Source: Mobula hypostoma | Taxonomy: Eukaryota | NCBI RefSeq assembly: GCF_963921235.1 | Contig: NC_086100.1 | Location: forward strand, 173,848,001 to 173,912,000 | Length of the DNA: 64,000 bases | Reading direction: 5' to 3' | Part shown: in pieces, positions 62,521 to 64,000 of the stretch | Layout of the letters: each line of letters opens with the position of its first letter | How positions within the stretch are numbered: position 1 is the stretch's first letter | Notes under the pieces: model-generated | Seen by the model: the letters and a program-made list of their open reading frames with translations, nothing else | Database searches by the model: none | What the model was told of the DNA's origin: nothing | Translations under genes and position numbers: made by a program

Positions 62521-64000
62521 AACACACACGAAATGCTGGAGGAACTCAGAAGGTCAGGCTGCATCTACGGAAATAAATAAACAGTCGACGTTTCAGGTCG
62601 AGACCCTCTTCAGGACTGGAAAGGAAGGGAGAAGACTCCAGAATAAAAAGGTGGGAGGAGGGGAAGGACAATATCTAAAAACTGAAGCCAGGTGGCTGGA
62701 AAAGGTAAAGGGCAGGAGAGGAAGGAATGTGATAAGAGAGAGAGTAAACCGTAAGGGAAAGGGAAGAAGGAGGGAACCCAGGGGCCAGTGAAAGGCAGGT
62801 GAGAAGAGGGAAGAGGCCAGAGTATGGAATAGAAAAAGAGGGGAAAGGGAGGGAGGTTATTTTTATGGGAAGGAGAAATCGATATTCATGGCATCAGGTT
62901 GGTGGCTACCCAGACAGAATATAAGGTGGTGTTCCTCCACCCTGATGGTGGCCCTATTGTGGCCCAAGAGGATGGATGGACCATGGATCGGGATTGGGAA
63001 TCGGAATTAAAATGTTTGGCCTCCAGGAAGTTCTGCTTTTGGCAGATGGAGCGGATATGCTCAACAAAACAGTTCCCCAATTTACAAAGGGTCTCACTAA
63101 CGTAGAGGAGGCCACATTGGGAGCACCAGGCACAAAAGACAACCCCAGCAGGTTCACAGGTGAAATATTGCCTCACCTGGAAGGACTGTTTTGGGCTCTG
63201 AATGTAGGTGAGGTGTAGGTGGGCAGGAGTAGGACTTTGGCTGCTTACAGAGGTAAATGCTGGGAGGGAGATTAATGGGGAGGGATGAATAGACAAGGGA
63301 ATCACAGAGGGAACAATCCCTGTGGAAAGCGGAGAGTGGGGAAGAGTTAAAGATATGTTTGGTGATAGGATCCCTTTGGAAATGGTGGAAGTTGTGGCGA
63401 ATGATGCATTGGATGCGGAGGCTCAGGGGATGGTAAGTGATGACAAGAGGAACGCTATCACTGTTAAGGCAATTCGAAGGTGGGGTGAGCGCTGATGTTT
63501 GAGAAATGGAGGAGATGCAGGTGAGGGCAGCATCAATGGTGGAGAAAGCGAAACCCCACTCTTTGAAGAAGAAGGACATCTCTGAGGTCCTGGAAGGGAA
63601 AGCCACATCCTGGAAATGGATGCAGTGGAGATGAAAGAACTGAGAAAAGGGATTAGCATTTTTACAGCAGGCAGGGTGGAAACAGGTATAGTCAGTATAA
63701 TTGTGGAAATCAGTAGATTTATAAAAGATGTCAGTCAACAGTTTGTCTCCAGAGATGGAGACAGAAAGATCAAGGAAGGGGGAGGCAGGTATCATAAATG
63801 GGCCTAATGAATTTAAGTGCAGGGTGGAAGCTGGAAGCAAAGTTAATGAAATTGATGAGCTCAGCATGGGTGTACAAAACAGCATAAGTACAGTAGCTAA
63901 TGTAGCAGAGGAAGATTTGGGGAGTATTACCGGGAACGGCTTGGAACGTGGACTGTTCTACATTGCCAATGAACGGGCTGGCATTGCTGAGGCCCATGTG
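62521..64000 (-). mobile_element. Penelope-like retroelement relic (RT + GIY-YIG endonuclease + 3' pLTR), runs off the window
   Basis: PFLDLSVSISGDKLLTDIFYKSTD..HP..K..PFSQF (RT C-part); FTCEPAGVVFCAWCSQCGLLYVSET..FVEH (GIY-YIG); degenerate MG..YIDD region 63770-63997. Confidence 0.88.
62582..62618 (-). ncRNA. Minimal type I hammerhead ribozyme motif
   Basis: CAGUC CUGAAGA GGGU CUCG ACCU GAAA CGUC GACUG: stem I, CUGANGA, stem II, GAAA, GUC site. Confidence 0.75.

Noticed and set aside
1-64000. CRISPR arrays, operons or prokaryotic defence systems
   Set aside because: The sequence is vertebrate-type repeat DNA; no regularly spaced repeat-spacer array or gene-dense region

Overview
Eukaryotic, CpG-depleted, repeat-saturated DNA with no recognisable host protein-coding exon, so most likely intronic or intergenic. 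The repeat mix suggests a cartilaginous fish, probably a ray (inference only): CR1 and Rex1/Babar LINEs, tRNA-derived V-SINEs, RTE-derived non-autonomous elements, Penelope-like elements (PLE), Tc1, hAT-Charlie and Gypsy. Main elements: a TSD-flanked Rex1-clade LINE with an open 894-aa APE-RT frame (29908-32735), a TSD-flanked, internally deleted CR1 with an esterase ORF1 (14621-18039), an internally deleted Gypsy element with both LTRs (9951-12936), a decayed IR/DR Tc1 (50791-52377), a non-autonomous hAT carrying a CR1 fragment (60986-62192), and a PLE RT/GIY-YIG relic at the right end. The most interesting signals are structural RNA. (1) About ten PLE-derived minimal hammerhead ribozyme motifs, one with a fully canonical core (62582-62618), several inside short TSD-flanked fold-back insertions. 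(2) Candidate HDV-like double-pseudoknot ribozymes near the 5' ends of RTE-derived non-autonomous elements, one family showing a compensatory base-pair change between copies. Several TE-free islands look like regulatory DNA, including a CTCF+YY1+2xCRE cluster near 39.7 kb. All calls were made by eye; boundaries without a TSD are approximate.
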